Positions 40,054 to 51,497 of a stretch of DNA of 64,000 nucleotides are shown piece after piece. Source of the DNA: Alphaproteobacteria bacterium (GTDB taxonomy: Bacteria; Pseudomonadota; Alphaproteobacteria; RF32; CAG-239); the NCBI GenBank assembly GCA_017445475.1, contig JAFSUB010000001.1, positions 14,834 through 78,833 of the forward strand, read 5' to 3'. Position 1 is the stretch's first letter, and the number at the start of each line of letters is the position of its first letter. The notes below the pieces were generated by a model that was not told the DNA's origin, searched no databases, and was given only the letters and a program-made list of their open reading frames with translations. The translations under genes were made by a program, and so were the position numbers.

Positions 40054-41730
40054 TTGAGGGAGTTGTTTATGAAGGAAGAAACCAAAAGTTTGTATTTGGC
40101 CGTTTTTGTTTCGATTTTGATTATTTTCGGGGTTAATCACTTTTTTGCGCCGAAAATGCCGCCAAAAGAAGCACCAAAACCGGAAAAAAAGGTTGAAATT
40201 GGGGTGGAAGCGGTGGCGATATCCGAAACGGTTCAGCCCAAAGATGTTGATGAAATTGTCTCATCTGAGGCGCGCGTTTTGCTTAAAAACAGCTCGCTTG
40301 ACGGTTCTGTTCGTTTGAAAGGCGCCCGTTTTGACTTCTTGAAACTGGTTAAATATAAACAAACACTTGAAGAAAACAGTGAAAATGTTGAGCTTTTTGC
40401 ACCTATCGGTTCGATTCATCCTTATTTTGCGGAGTTCGGATTTTTGTCGTCCGAAAACATCAATCTGCCGAATGCTGACACCCTTTGGGCGGCAAAGGGC
40501 GATTTTTTAACGCCGACAACCCCATTAACGCTTGAGTGGACGAACGGGCAGGGCTTAAAGTTTGTTCGCAAAATCAGCATAGATGAACATTATCTCATCA
40601 CAATCGACCAAACGGTTGAAAACAACACGGCGCGTGCCGTCGTTTTATATCCTTACGGCCGTATTTGGCGCGATTTCGGTGATGCGGCCTCATCGCAAAG
40701 CGTTGTTCACGAGGGCATAACGGCTGTGATCGACGGCGCCTTGAAAGAATTTAAGCTTAAAGACATTAAAGAAGGCGAGCCCAAAACCTTTGAAACCAAA
40801 GAATCATGGGCCGGTTTTTCGGACAGATATTGGTTTTCGGCCCTTATTTTGGATACGTCTGATAAAAATACGCTCAAATTTTCAAAAACCGGCGAGAAGG
40901 CCTATCAAATTGATTACATGGGTGCACCGATAAGCATTGAATCCGGCAAAGCCCACTCAAACACCGTTCGCTTGTTTGCCGGTGCAAAAGAAATTAAGCT
41001 TCTTGACCGCTATGCCAAAAAGGGCGGCATCCAAAAATTTGATTTGGCGATAGATTTCGGGTGGTATTACTTTTTAACAAAGCCGTTCTTTTATATTTTA
41101 GACTTTTTATATGCGCTTATCGGCAATATGGGGTGGGCAATTTTGGTTTTTGCGGCGCTCTTGCGGTTGCTGATGTTTCCGATTGCAAACAAATCGTATG
41201 AGAGTATGTCGAAAATGCGCAAAATTCAGCCCAAAGTTCAGGAAATTCAACAAAAATATCAGGCTGATAAGGTTTTGCTGCAACAAAAAACGATGGAGCT
41301 TTATAAAAAAGAAAAAATCAATCCGGCGTCGGGCTGTCTGCCGATGTTTATTCAAATTCCGATTTTCTTCTCGCTTTATAAGGTTTTAAATATTGCCATT
41401 GAAATTCGCCATGCGCCTTTTGTCGGCTGGATTAAAGATTTGTCAGCGCCTGATCCTTTAACAATCTCCGTTTGGTCGCACATTCCGCTTCCGGCGCTCT
41501 TGGACATCGGCGTGTGGCCGATTTTGATGGGGCTGACGATGTGGTTTCAGCAAAAGCTTAATCCTGCGCCGACAAACAAAGACCAAGCCAGAATGTTTGC
41601 TTTAATGCCCTTTATTTTCACCATTATGCTTGGGCATTTTGCATCGGGCCTTGTGATATATTGGACTTTGAGCAATATTTTATCAATTGTTCAGCAAAGG
41701 GCGATTATGTTCAAAAACGGGGTGAAGTGA
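40054..41730 (+). CDS. yidC: membrane protein insertase YidC
   Basis: N-terminal TM, large periplasmic domain, conserved 5-TM core (PIANKSYESMSKMRKIQP, CLPMFIQIPIFF). Confidence 0.9.
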   Translation: MRELFMKEETKSLYLAVFVSILIIFGVNHFFAPKMPPKEAPKPEKKVEIGVEAVAISETVQPKDVDEIVSSEARVLLKNSSLDGSVRLKGARFDFLKLVKYKQTLEENSENVELFAPIGSIHPYFAEFGFLSSENINLPNADTLWAAKGDFLTPTTPLTLEWTNGQGLKFVRKISIDEHYLITIDQTVENNTARAVVLYPYGRIWRDFGDAASSQSVVHEGITAVIDGALKEFKLKDIKEGEPKTFETKESWAGFSDRYWFSALILDTSDKNTLKFSKTGEKAYQIDYMGAPISIESGKAHSNTVRLFAGAKEIKLLDRYAKKGGIQKFDLAIDFGWYYFLTKPFFYILDFLYALIGNMGWAILVFAALLRLLMFPIANKSYESMSKMRKIQPKVQEIQQKYQADKVLLQQKTMELYKKEKINPASGCLPMFIQIPIFFSLYKVLNIAIEIRHAPFVGWIKDLSAPDPLTISVWSHIPLPALLDIGVWPILMGLTMWFQQKLNPAPTNKDQARMFALMPFIFTIMLGHFASGLVIYWTLSNILSIVQQRAIMFKNGVK

Positions 41731-42365
41731 TGGTTTTTGAAAAGGCTGAAATTTTTGAGCGCGCAAACAAGCTTTTTTCAAAACCGTGCACTTTTATGCT
41801 AGGCGTTGCAAGCTTTGAGCAACTGCCGCCTGCGGATAGGGTTGAAATTGCTTTTGCCGGGCGCTCAAATGTCGGTAAGTCAAGTTTGATTAACGCGCTT
41901 TTTAATTCAAAGAGCATCGCCAAAACTTCATCAACCCCCGGCCGCACACAACAACTTAATTATTTTGATTTTTTAGGGCAAATGTATTTGGTTGATTTGC
42001 CGGGATATGGCTTTGCCAAAGCCCCGCCGCAAGAGGTTAAGCGCTGGCAGCAAGTTTTGCTTTTTTATCTTAAGGGCAGGGCAAATTTGCGGCGCGTTTT
42101 TTTGCTTGTTGACAGCCGAATAGGGCTTAAAGAAGTTGATGAACAGGTTTTTAAAACGCTTGATGAGGCGGCTGTTTCATATCAAATTGTGCTCACAAAG
42201 ATTGATAAAATTTCAAAAGCAGAACTTGAAAAAGTGCAAGAAGATGTTGCATCAAAACTTTCAAAGCACGCTGCAGCGCACACAAAAATCTTGGCGACTT
42301 CTGCCGATAAAAAAATCGGCCTTGAGGAACTCAAAGCCGAAATTGCATCATTTATTGAAGATTAA
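41730..42365 (+). CDS. engB: ribosome biogenesis GTPase EngB (YihA/YsxC)
   Basis: G1 GRSNVGKSS, G3 DLPGYG, G4 TKIDK; ATG overlaps the yidC stop (TGATG). Confidence 0.85.
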   Translation: MVFEKAEIFERANKLFSKPCTFMLGVASFEQLPPADRVEIAFAGRSNVGKSSLINALFNSKSIAKTSSTPGRTQQLNYFDFLGQMYLVDLPGYGFAKAPPQEVKRWQQVLLFYLKGRANLRRVFLLVDSRIGLKEVDEQVFKTLDEAAVSYQIVLTKIDKISKAELEKVQEDVASKLSKHAAAHTKILATSADKKIGLEELKAEIASFIED

Positions 42366-42366
42366 A

Positions 42367-44172
42367 CTAATTGTTATCTTCCAAATCAAGCTTAATATGA
42401 AGCTCTTTTAATTGCTCATCACTGACTGTGTTCGGTGCCTGCATCAAGAGATCTTGTGCCTTTCCGTTTAAGGGGAAGATAATCACATCGCGGATAATCG
42501 GCTCGTCTAAAAGCAACATAACCGCGCGGTCAATCCCCGGAGCACAGCCTGCGTGCGGCGGTGCGCCGTAATGAAACGCGTTGATCATGCCGCCGAATTT
42601 GTTGTCAACCACATCGTGTCCGTAGCCCGCAATTTCAAAGGCTTTATACATGATTTCCGGCTTGTGGTTGCGCACCGCGCCCGAGGCGAGTTCTGCGCCG
42701 TTGCAAACCAAATCATATTGATAAGCCAAAATCTCAAGCGGATTCTTATTCAAAAGTGCATCCATACCGCCTTGCGGCATTGAAAACGGATTGTGCGAAA
42801 ATTCAACGGCGCCCGTTTCTTCATTTTGCTCATAAAACGGAAAATCAACAATCCAGCAGAACCTGAAAGCATCTTTTTCAAACAAGTCAAGTTCTCCTCC
42901 GAGTTTGTTTCTGACAACACCCGCAAATTTGCTGACGGAATCTTCTTTGCCGGCCATAAACAAAACGGCGTCTCCGTCTTTCATTTCAAAGAATTTTTTA
43001 ATTTCATCAAGCTTTTGCGCATCAAAAAAGCGCGACAAACCTTTTGCACCGCTTGCGCCAAAAGCAATATATGCCATGCCGCCCATATTTTGCTCTTTTG
43101 CGAAAGCGTCAAACTTATCAAAAAATGAGCGCGGCTTTTCGGCAGCATTCGGCGCAACAATTGCGCGCACCTTTTGGCCCTCTTGAACCATCCGGTCATA
43201 TAAGCCAAAGCCGGAATTGCCGAACAAAGGTGTTGCATCAACAATAACAAGCGGATTTCTTAAATCGGGCTTATCTGTGCCGTATTTGAGCATAGACTCC
43301 TTAAAGGGTATGCGAATAAACGGCGGCTCGGAAACTTTTCTTCCGTTTGAAAATTCCTTGAAAAGTGTGCCCATCGTGTGTTCCAAAACGGCAAACACAT
43401 CTTCTTGGGTGGCAAAGCTCATCTCCAAATCAAGCTGATAAAATTCGCCGGGGCTTCGGTCGGCACGCGGATCTTCGTCTCTGAAACAAGGCGCAATTTG
43501 AAAATAGCGGTCAAAGCCCGAAACCATCAACAGCTGCTTAAATTGTTGCGGCGCTTGAGGCAGGGCATAAAATTTTCCGGGATTAAGGCGAGAGGGAACC
43601 AAAAAGTCGCGTGCACCTTCGGGTGATGAGGCCGTTAAAATCGGCGTTTGATATTCGGTAAAACCTTGGGCGAGCATCAACTCTCTGATGCGATGTATCA
43701 CCTTTGAGCGCAAAACCATATTGGAATGAATGCGCTCTTTTCTTAAGTCCAGAAAACGATATTTAAGGCGCAGTTCTTCAGGAGAATCATCTTCAAAAGC
43801 AACCTGAAACGGCAACACATCCGCCTCGGAATGCACCACCAGTTTTTTTGCCTTAATTTCAATTTCGCCGGTGGGCATATTTTTATTGACGCTTTGGCGC
43901 ACAATGACTTCGCCTTCAACGCCGATGACGCTTTCAACACGCAAATTTTGAATTTTTTCAAACAAATCGGAAGAAGAATCGAACACGCATTGGGTTATGC
44001 CGTAATGGTCGCGCAAATCAACAAAACAAAGGTTGCCGAGGTTGCGCTTTCGATGAATCCAGCCGGCAATCAAAACCGTTTTGCCGACATCTTCGCGGCA
44101 AAGCTGGCCGCATGTGTGTGTCCGATATTCGTTCATTTTTTTCCTCATAAAAGATGGTTGTTTTTCACTCAT
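42367..44172 (-). CDS. aspS: aspartyl-tRNA synthetase
   Basis: 601 aa; N-terminal OB, class II motifs with canonical arginines (FRDE...R, GLDR), bacterial GAD insertion domain. Confidence 0.95.
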   Translation of the reverse strand: MSEKQPSFMRKKMNEYRTHTCGQLCREDVGKTVLIAGWIHRKRNLGNLCFVDLRDHYGITQCVFDSSSDLFEKIQNLRVESVIGVEGEVIVRQSVNKNMPTGEIEIKAKKLVVHSEADVLPFQVAFEDDSPEELRLKYRFLDLRKERIHSNMVLRSKVIHRIRELMLAQGFTEYQTPILTASSPEGARDFLVPSRLNPGKFYALPQAPQQFKQLLMVSGFDRYFQIAPCFRDEDPRADRSPGEFYQLDLEMSFATQEDVFAVLEHTMGTLFKEFSNGRKVSEPPFIRIPFKESMLKYGTDKPDLRNPLVIVDATPLFGNSGFGLYDRMVQEGQKVRAIVAPNAAEKPRSFFDKFDAFAKEQNMGGMAYIAFGASGAKGLSRFFDAQKLDEIKKFFEMKDGDAVLFMAGKEDSVSKFAGVVRNKLGGELDLFEKDAFRFCWIVDFPFYEQNEETGAVEFSHNPFSMPQGGMDALLNKNPLEILAYQYDLVCNGAELASGAVRNHKPEIMYKAFEIAGYGHDVVDNKFGGMINAFHYGAPPHAGCAPGIDRAVMLLLDEPIIRDVIIFPLNGKAQDLLMQAPNTVSDEQLKELHIKLDLEDNN

Positions 44173-44272
44173 TATTAAAACACTCGCCTTTGAATTGCAA
44201 TAAAAAATTTATGATTTTTTTAAAAATGCCGTTTTTAAAAAGGTCTATACATTTCCTTTTTTTTGTTGTATA

Positions 44273-45754
44273 GTGCCGCTTGTTAAAGCAAAGAAACAAA
44301 AAATGATGAAATATTTGAAAAAATATCCCTTCGAGGTTTTTCTTGTTGTTCATTTTGCGCTGTGGAGCTTTGTGCCCCTTTTGCGCAAAAGTTTGCCGAT
44401 GGACAGCATTGAAGCCGTTTCTTGGGGAATGTATTGCGATTTAGGCACCAATAAACACCCGCCTTTGTCGGGTTGGCTTGCCGATTTTTTTTATAGTGTC
44501 ATAGGTTTTGAAACGCCGTTTTCTATATATGCCTTAAGCCAGTTCTGTGTTGTTTTGGGCTTTATATACGTTTTTCGCCTGTCTTGGCTTTTTGTTTCAA
44601 AAGAAAAAGCCGTTTTGGCGGCAATGCTTTTGGAAGGCGTGATATATTACGGCTTTTCGTCGCTTGAATATAACGTCAATGTGGTTTCGCTTGCTCTGTG
44701 GCCGATGTCGGCTTATTACTTTTATAAAGCCGTTAAAAGCAACAAGACGCTTGATTGGGCTTTAACGGGAGCGTTTGCCGGCTTAAATCTTCTCAACAAA
44801 TACACGAGTTTTGTTTTGCTTTTTTCTATGGCGCTTTATATGCTTTTTGATAAAAAAGCGCGTTCAAGGCTCAAAACTTTGAGGCCTTATCTAGCGGCTA
44901 TTGTTTGTGTGATGATTGTGATGCCCCATCTTTTGTGGCTTTATAAACATGACTTTTTTGTTATGAGCTATTTTATGGGACGAGGCGGTCAGGGCAGTTT
45001 TGAAAATATGCCGCTCTTAAAACACATTGTCTATCCCTTAAAATTTATCGGTGCGCAGATTTTGTTTTCAGCGGGAACGCTTTTGATATATTTTTCTGCG
45101 GTGCGCGGCGAACGCAGAACATCAACGCCGCATGAAAAGAGCGACATCAATTTTTTGATTTATATGGGTGTTTTGCCGGTTTTTTTCATGTTTTGCATCA
45201 GTTTGGTGTTTGGGCTTAAGCTTAAAAGTATGTGGGGTTTTCCGAGCCTTTACCTTTTAGGGCTGATTTTGATGGTTTTCTTTGCTTATCAAACGACAGA
45301 GCGCTTGAAAAAAAAGCTGACAGCCGGTGTATATGTGCTGATGTTTGTGTTTGCATTGGCGCAACTGCTTGTCATATCTCTCAACAAAAGCGACAAGTTT
45401 CAGCTCGAGGTCAAAAAATACGGACAAACGATTGAAGCTCTTTGGGCGCAAAACTCCGATAAACCCTTTGAATATGTGGCAGGCGATGTGTGGTGGGCAA
45501 ACAACGCGGCGCTTTTTGCGCCTTCCAAGCCCAAGCCCGTGATTTGGGGCGATGTGAGGCAAAACCCGTGGTTTGACGCAAAAGACATTGAAGATAAAGG
45601 CGCGCTTGTTTTAAGTTCTGATGAGGCGACATATTTTCAAATGCAACAAAAACTCGGGTTTGAGGGAAAACCGCAGATTTTGCGCATTAAAGTGCAAAAC
45701 AGGTTCAAAAAAACGAAAGAAAAAACGATTTATTACGGGTTTTATAACAACTAA
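44273..45754 (+). CDS. ArnT-like (GT39/GT83) polyprenyl-phosphate-sugar:lipid A glycosyltransferase
   Basis: ~12-TM protein with PMT/ArnT-type N-terminal loop (DSIEAVSWGM...HPPLSGW) and C-terminal periplasmic domain; heads an operon with a GT2 and a YdjC deacetylase. Confidence 0.75.
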   Translation: MPLVKAKKQKMMKYLKKYPFEVFLVVHFALWSFVPLLRKSLPMDSIEAVSWGMYCDLGTNKHPPLSGWLADFFYSVIGFETPFSIYALSQFCVVLGFIYVFRLSWLFVSKEKAVLAAMLLEGVIYYGFSSLEYNVNVVSLALWPMSAYYFYKAVKSNKTLDWALTGAFAGLNLLNKYTSFVLLFSMALYMLFDKKARSRLKTLRPYLAAIVCVMIVMPHLLWLYKHDFFVMSYFMGRGGQGSFENMPLLKHIVYPLKFIGAQILFSAGTLLIYFSAVRGERRTSTPHEKSDINFLIYMGVLPVFFMFCISLVFGLKLKSMWGFPSLYLLGLILMVFFAYQTTERLKKKLTAGVYVLMFVFALAQLLVISLNKSDKFQLEVKKYGQTIEALWAQNSDKPFEYVAGDVWWANNAALFAPSKPKPVIWGDVRQNPWFDAKDIEDKGALVLSSDEATYFQMQQKLGFEGKPQILRIKVQNRFKKTKEKTIYYGFYNN

Positions 45755-45766
45755 AAGGAAAAGAAA

Positions 45767-46726
45767 ATGAAAACGGTCAGCATTGTCATTTCGGCTTATA
45801 ACGAAGAAGGAAACATTGAAAAGCTTTATGAAGAACTCACCAAAGAGCTTGATAAAGCAAGCGATGTTTGTTTTGAAATTTTGTTTGTCAACGATGGCAG
45901 TCAAGACGGAACATACCAAAAAATTCAAGCCTTAATTGAAAAAGATGAGCGCGTTAAAATGGTGAACTTAAAGCGAAACTTCGGCCATGAAATTGCGATG
46001 ACGGCCGGAATGGATTATGCCAAAGGCGATGCGGTGATTTTTATGGACGCAGATTTGCAGCATCCGCCGGTTTATATCCCTGAGATGATTGACGCATGGC
46101 AAAAAGGAAGCCAAATTGTGCTTACAAAGCGTGTTGATAATGTGGCCACCTCATGGTTTTACAAACTTTGCGCCAAAACCTTTTATGTGGCGCTTAATCT
46201 GCTTTCGGAAACAAAAATTGGCGAAAGTATGCCCGATTTCAGATTAATTGACCGCCGATATGTCGATTTTTTGAAAGGCTTTAACGAGCAGGACAGGCTG
46301 TTTCGGGGGTTGCTGAGCTGGATTATGCCTCATGACAATGTGAAAGTGATTGATTTTGTTGCGCCTGAGCGTTTTTCGGGCAAAACAAAATATAATTTTA
46401 TCAAAAGCCTGCAGCTTGCCATCAGCAGCATCACGCAATTTTCGGTTCGACCATTGCGCCTTGCGACATATTTGGGCTTTGCCGGTGCGGCGTGTTCGGT
46501 TTTGTTGGGGCTGTATGTGATTTTTGAGCATTTTATTCAACATAATCCGACGCCCGGATATGCAACCATTGTGTCGGTTGTTGGGTTTGTCGGTGCATTG
46601 CAGCTTATCACGCTCGGTATTGTCGGTGAATATATCGGCAAAATCCACATGGAAGTGAAAAAGCGTCCGCTTTATTTGGCAGATCTGATTGAACAAGAAC
46701 GTAAGGACAACAATCTTGAGCGGTAA
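45767..46726 (+). CDS. GT2 polyprenyl-phosphate hexosamine/sugar synthase (ArnC/DPM1-like)
   Basis: VSIVISAYNEEGNI, DGSQDGT, DADLQHPP motifs; two C-terminal TM helices. Confidence 0.8.
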   Translation: MKTVSIVISAYNEEGNIEKLYEELTKELDKASDVCFEILFVNDGSQDGTYQKIQALIEKDERVKMVNLKRNFGHEIAMTAGMDYAKGDAVIFMDADLQHPPVYIPEMIDAWQKGSQIVLTKRVDNVATSWFYKLCAKTFYVALNLLSETKIGESMPDFRLIDRRYVDFLKGFNEQDRLFRGLLSWIMPHDNVKVIDFVAPERFSGKTKYNFIKSLQLAISSITQFSVRPLRLATYLGFAGAACSVLLGLYVIFEHFIQHNPTPGYATIVSVVGFVGALQLITLGIVGEYIGKIHMEVKKRPLYLADLIEQERKDNNLER

Positions 46727-48017
46727 AATCATTTTCAACGCCGATGATTTCGGAATGACACAAGGTGTGAATGCCGCCATTCAAAAAGCCTATAACGAAG
46801 GCATTTTAAATTCGGCAAGTTTGATGGTGGGGCAAAAATATGCCCTCAAAGCCGTTCAAATGGCAGAGAAAATGCCGCATTTAGAGCTGGGGCTTCATGT
46901 TAATTTAACGAATGAACATCCGATTCTTGATAAAAAAGAACTGCCGCTTCTTGTCGGCAAAGACGGCAAGTTCAAAAACGGTTTCTTAAAGCTGTTGCTC
47001 TTGTCTTTTTTGCGCCCGAAGGCTCTAAAAAAAGAGGTGTGTGCGGAAATTCGGGCGCAAATTGAAAAAGCCCAAAAAATGGGCGTCAAACTCCATCATA
47101 TCGACAGCCATCGTCATGTTCATATGATTCCGCTCATTTTTGAAGTGATGCTTGACTTAAAAGAAAAATACGGCATCGGGCGCATTCGTGTGATAAACGA
47201 ATCAATCGTTCAAACGCTTCGCACCAACAAAAGCAAAAGTTTTTTGTTTGACGGCGGTTTGATTAAATATTTTCTTTTAAGGTTTTTTTGTATCTTAAAC
47301 GGGTTTGAAACAAACACATATTTTTACACAATGCTTTATACGTGCAAACTTTCAAAAGATCATTTTCAAAAGGTTTTGGTGCCCAAAGGCTATGAGGCTG
47401 TGGAGATTATGATTCACCCGTCAATTACAAGCATTGACAAACAAAATATGCAAGATGTGTTTGATAAAAGCGTTCTTTTACCTTGGCGTGAAAAAGAGCT
47501 TGAAACACTTTTGGATAAAAGCATTTTAAAAAACTTTGTTTTCGGTGCTTGTTTCCCGTTTTTGTTTGAGCTTTACTTTAAGGTTGAAAAATGGTGGTTT
47601 AAACACATTTCTGAAAAAATGCGTTTTTTGCTTGTGGGCGGCTTTAATACGGTTTTTGCATATGCTGTTTACGCGCTTTTGCTTGAAATTATCGGTTTGC
47701 CTTATTTGTGGGCGCTTATTGTGCAATATTTTATTTCGGTGAATGTGTCGATTGCAACCATGCGTTATTATGTTTTTCAAAGCAAGGGCAATATGCTTGC
47801 CGAATTTTTAAAAGCGTGGAGTGTTTACATCGGTTTGTTTTTTTTAAATACTGTCGGGCTTGCGTTTTTGGTTGAAGTTTTAAAAATCGGTGCGCTTTTT
47901 GCACAAGGCATATATCTTGTTTTTTCAACAATTATCACATATTTGCTGCACAAATATTTTTCTTTTAAGAAGGCATTAAAGAAAAATAAAGACTCTGCCG
48001 TATATCATAAGAAATAA
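46689..48017 (+). CDS. YdjC-family carbohydrate deacetylase fused to GtrA-like membrane domain
   Basis: N-terminal FNADDFGMTQGVNAAI, HIDSHRHVH (YdjC/ChbG metal site); C-terminal 4-TM GtrA-like segment (RFLLVGGFNTVFAYAVYALL). Confidence 0.65.
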   Translation: MNKNVRTTILSGKIIFNADDFGMTQGVNAAIQKAYNEGILNSASLMVGQKYALKAVQMAEKMPHLELGLHVNLTNEHPILDKKELPLLVGKDGKFKNGFLKLLLLSFLRPKALKKEVCAEIRAQIEKAQKMGVKLHHIDSHRHVHMIPLIFEVMLDLKEKYGIGRIRVINESIVQTLRTNKSKSFLFDGGLIKYFLLRFFCILNGFETNTYFYTMLYTCKLSKDHFQKVLVPKGYEAVEIMIHPSITSIDKQNMQDVFDKSVLLPWREKELETLLDKSILKNFVFGACFPFLFELYFKVEKWWFKHISEKMRFLLVGGFNTVFAYAVYALLLEIIGLPYLWALIVQYFISVNVSIATMRYYVFQSKGNMLAEFLKAWSVYIGLFFLNTVGLAFLVEVLKIGALFAQGIYLVFSTIITYLLHKYFSFKKALKKNKDSAVYHKK

Positions 48018-48037
48018 GATTTTTTAGGAAAAACAAC

Positions 48038-48889
48038 ATGAAAGCAATTACGCCAATCGTCGGTATTTCGAAAATTATCAATGCTTATCAAAGCGTTGTT
48101 TGCGGTTTTGACGGCGTGTTAACAAAAGGCGAAGATTTGTTTGAAGAGGCGCTTGATGCCTTAAGCAAAACGGCAGCTCTTCACAAAGACGTGATTGTGC
48201 TTTCAAATTCTGCCATGAGAACCGAGGAAGTGGCAAAATTGTTTTTGCAGGAAAAATTTGATTTGAAAAATCTGAAAGCCATCATCACGGCCGGAGAAAT
48301 TTTGCATTATAAACTCAAAAACACGCATGCCTTCGGAAAAACATATTACAATCTCGGCGATTGTTCGGATAAAGGCGTGTTTTCAAAAACAAATTATGTG
48401 CGTGTTGATGATTTGGGTGCGGCAGATTTTGTTTTTATCGGTGCTGTTCGAGCTGATAAAAAAACGCTTGAAGACTATATTGAAGAGCTTGAAACGGCGG
48501 CGGCAAGAGGGCTGACGCTCGTTTGTGCGGGCACAGATGTTTCTTCTCATCTTAAAGGTGATGTTTGTTTGAGCGCGGGCGCCGTTGCCGAACACTATGC
48601 GGCAATGGGTGGAAAAATCATCACGGCCGGAAAGCCTGATCAGGCCGTTATATCTTATGTGAATGAAAGTTTTAATTTAAGCGGAAAAAAGGTTTTATGG
48701 ATAGGCGATTCTTTGAGCGCAGATGTCAAATCGGCTGACCTTTTGAAAACTGATTGCGTTTTTGTCTCGCAAGGTATTCATATACACGCGTTGGGTGAAG
48801 GGTTTATTCCGGATGTTCAACGCTTAAGGCTGCTTGCCATGAATTATGAGGTATATCCGAATTATGTTATCTCAAAACTTCGTTGGTAA
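48038..48889 (+). CDS. HAD-superfamily hydrolase (subfamily IIA-like)
   Basis: Motif I CGFDGVL and C-terminal GDSLSADV motif. Confidence 0.55.
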   Translation: MKAITPIVGISKIINAYQSVVCGFDGVLTKGEDLFEEALDALSKTAALHKDVIVLSNSAMRTEEVAKLFLQEKFDLKNLKAIITAGEILHYKLKNTHAFGKTYYNLGDCSDKGVFSKTNYVRVDDLGAADFVFIGAVRADKKTLEDYIEELETAAARGLTLVCAGTDVSSHLKGDVCLSAGAVAEHYAAMGGKIITAGKPDQAVISYVNESFNLSGKKVLWIGDSLSADVKSADLLKTDCVFVSQGIHIHALGEGFIPDVQRLRLLAMNYEVYPNYVISKLRW

Positions 48890-48901
48890 AGGAACAAAAA
48901 A

Positions 48902-49432
48902 ATGAAAAAGAGGATTGTGCTGTTTTTTGTGCTTATTTTGCTTTTGTGGCTTGTCAGTTGTCCCATTATTGATGTTGCACGCACAAAAAACTGTCCGCTG
49001 CCTGAAACAAAACAAACCATTTCCGAAAATGAAACGGATATGTTTTTGGAGCATTTTCGCGAATATGTTGCCCGCGGCCTTAACAAAGAAGTGCCTGAAG
49101 AATTTTATACGGACGAGCAAAAGCCGCACGAAAGATTGCCCTTTTTTGTGCGCGCATGGTTCAACAAAAAGTGTATTGCCCCCGAGCGCTTTTATTATGT
49201 GGAGCAAAGGTTGCGCGCTATTGTTAAAATTATGGATGCAAAAGAAAATTTTGAGCGGTTGCAAAACCACTTCAAAGAACAAGATGCGTTTGAAGGCAGG
49301 GAAAAAGAAGCTCATGACAGCGCGTTTGAAAATTTGCAAAAAGAGGCCCTCAACACGGAATTTATTTCAAACGAAGAATTTGAGCTTGTCAGAAAAAGAG
49401 AAGCAAAAATCAGAGCTTTGCTGGGACAATAA
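48902..49432 (+). CDS. hypothetical lipoprotein
   Basis: Signal peptide with lipobox LVSC. Confidence 0.4.
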   Translation: MKKRIVLFFVLILLLWLVSCPIIDVARTKNCPLPETKQTISENETDMFLEHFREYVARGLNKEVPEEFYTDEQKPHERLPFFVRAWFNKKCIAPERFYYVEQRLRAIVKIMDAKENFERLQNHFKEQDAFEGREKEAHDSAFENLQKEALNTEFISNEEFELVRKREAKIRALLGQ

Positions 49433-49434
49433 GA

Positions 49435-50325
49435 ATGGATATTTCAGAACACATATACACCTGCGCGGCATTTAAGGTAAATGCCGAAAAACTTACAGAA
49501 CTCAAGGCATTTTTCAGCGATTTTCCAATTAAAGATGCGCAAGATTGGCCGATGTGCGCAACAAAGAAAAACGGCGAACCGCGATATGTGCGTGTTCAGG
49601 TTCAAGGCGACCGGTTCGGTTTTGAAAAAGCGCTGTATTTGGCGTTTGAGTGTGAAGCCGGCAATGCGAAATATATGATTGCTCAAAAGCTTAAATATGA
49701 TGATGCTTTGCAAATAGAACTTGATTGTATCAGACGCGTTGATAAAAAAGAAAAAACAACCAGTCGATTTGTTTTTCACTTAATGGAACAATACAGCCGT
49801 TTTTTGAAACAATTTGCTTTAACAAGCACTGCTCAAAAAGAAGACACATACCTTAGGCTTGAAGCCCATTCCGGTGTGGCAGACGGTTTTCAAACAAACG
49901 GTGGTTATGTGTGGGCGACGCATCGGTTTGATTTTGAAAATGAAGATGAACTTCTGCGCACGCGTGAAGCTTTCAAGGAGTATGCCTTAAAAAACGGTGT
50001 TGAAATTGAGGAAAAAGACCTTCGCTTGTTTCAATATCCGTGTCATTTTGCGGCTTTTCGCACAAACAAAAAAATTGACGGGCAAAATCTCGGCAAAGCC
50101 TTTTTGCTTCAATATTCATGGCAGGGCAAAATGACGGCAGCCATGTCGGAGAAGTGTGAAATTGCGCGTTATGAACGCACGTTTTATAAACAAAACAAAT
50201 TGGAGGCGGAAAAAGAACTTTCGCCACGTTTTTTGAAAATGATGAAAAAATATAACAAATCGCAAAACCCGACAAAGAACATATTTATGCGCCTTTTTGA
50301 AAACAAAAAACTGCGTGTGCGTTAA
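49435..50325 (+). CDS. hypothetical protein
   Basis: 296-aa ORF translationally coupled to the preceding lipoprotein gene; no recognisable domain. Confidence 0.4.
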   Translation: MDISEHIYTCAAFKVNAEKLTELKAFFSDFPIKDAQDWPMCATKKNGEPRYVRVQVQGDRFGFEKALYLAFECEAGNAKYMIAQKLKYDDALQIELDCIRRVDKKEKTTSRFVFHLMEQYSRFLKQFALTSTAQKEDTYLRLEAHSGVADGFQTNGGYVWATHRFDFENEDELLRTREAFKEYALKNGVEIEEKDLRLFQYPCHFAAFRTNKKIDGQNLGKAFLLQYSWQGKMTAAMSEKCEIARYERTFYKQNKLEAEKELSPRFLKMMKKYNKSQNPTKNIFMRLFENKKLRVR

Positions 50326-50393
50326 TAAAATCATAACCATATCGGCTCTAAAATGATGCCATTGAAAAAAGACAGATTAAAAAGGTTTTTTAA

Positions 50394-51494
<1,101 letters not shown>

Positions 51495-51497
51495 TTT

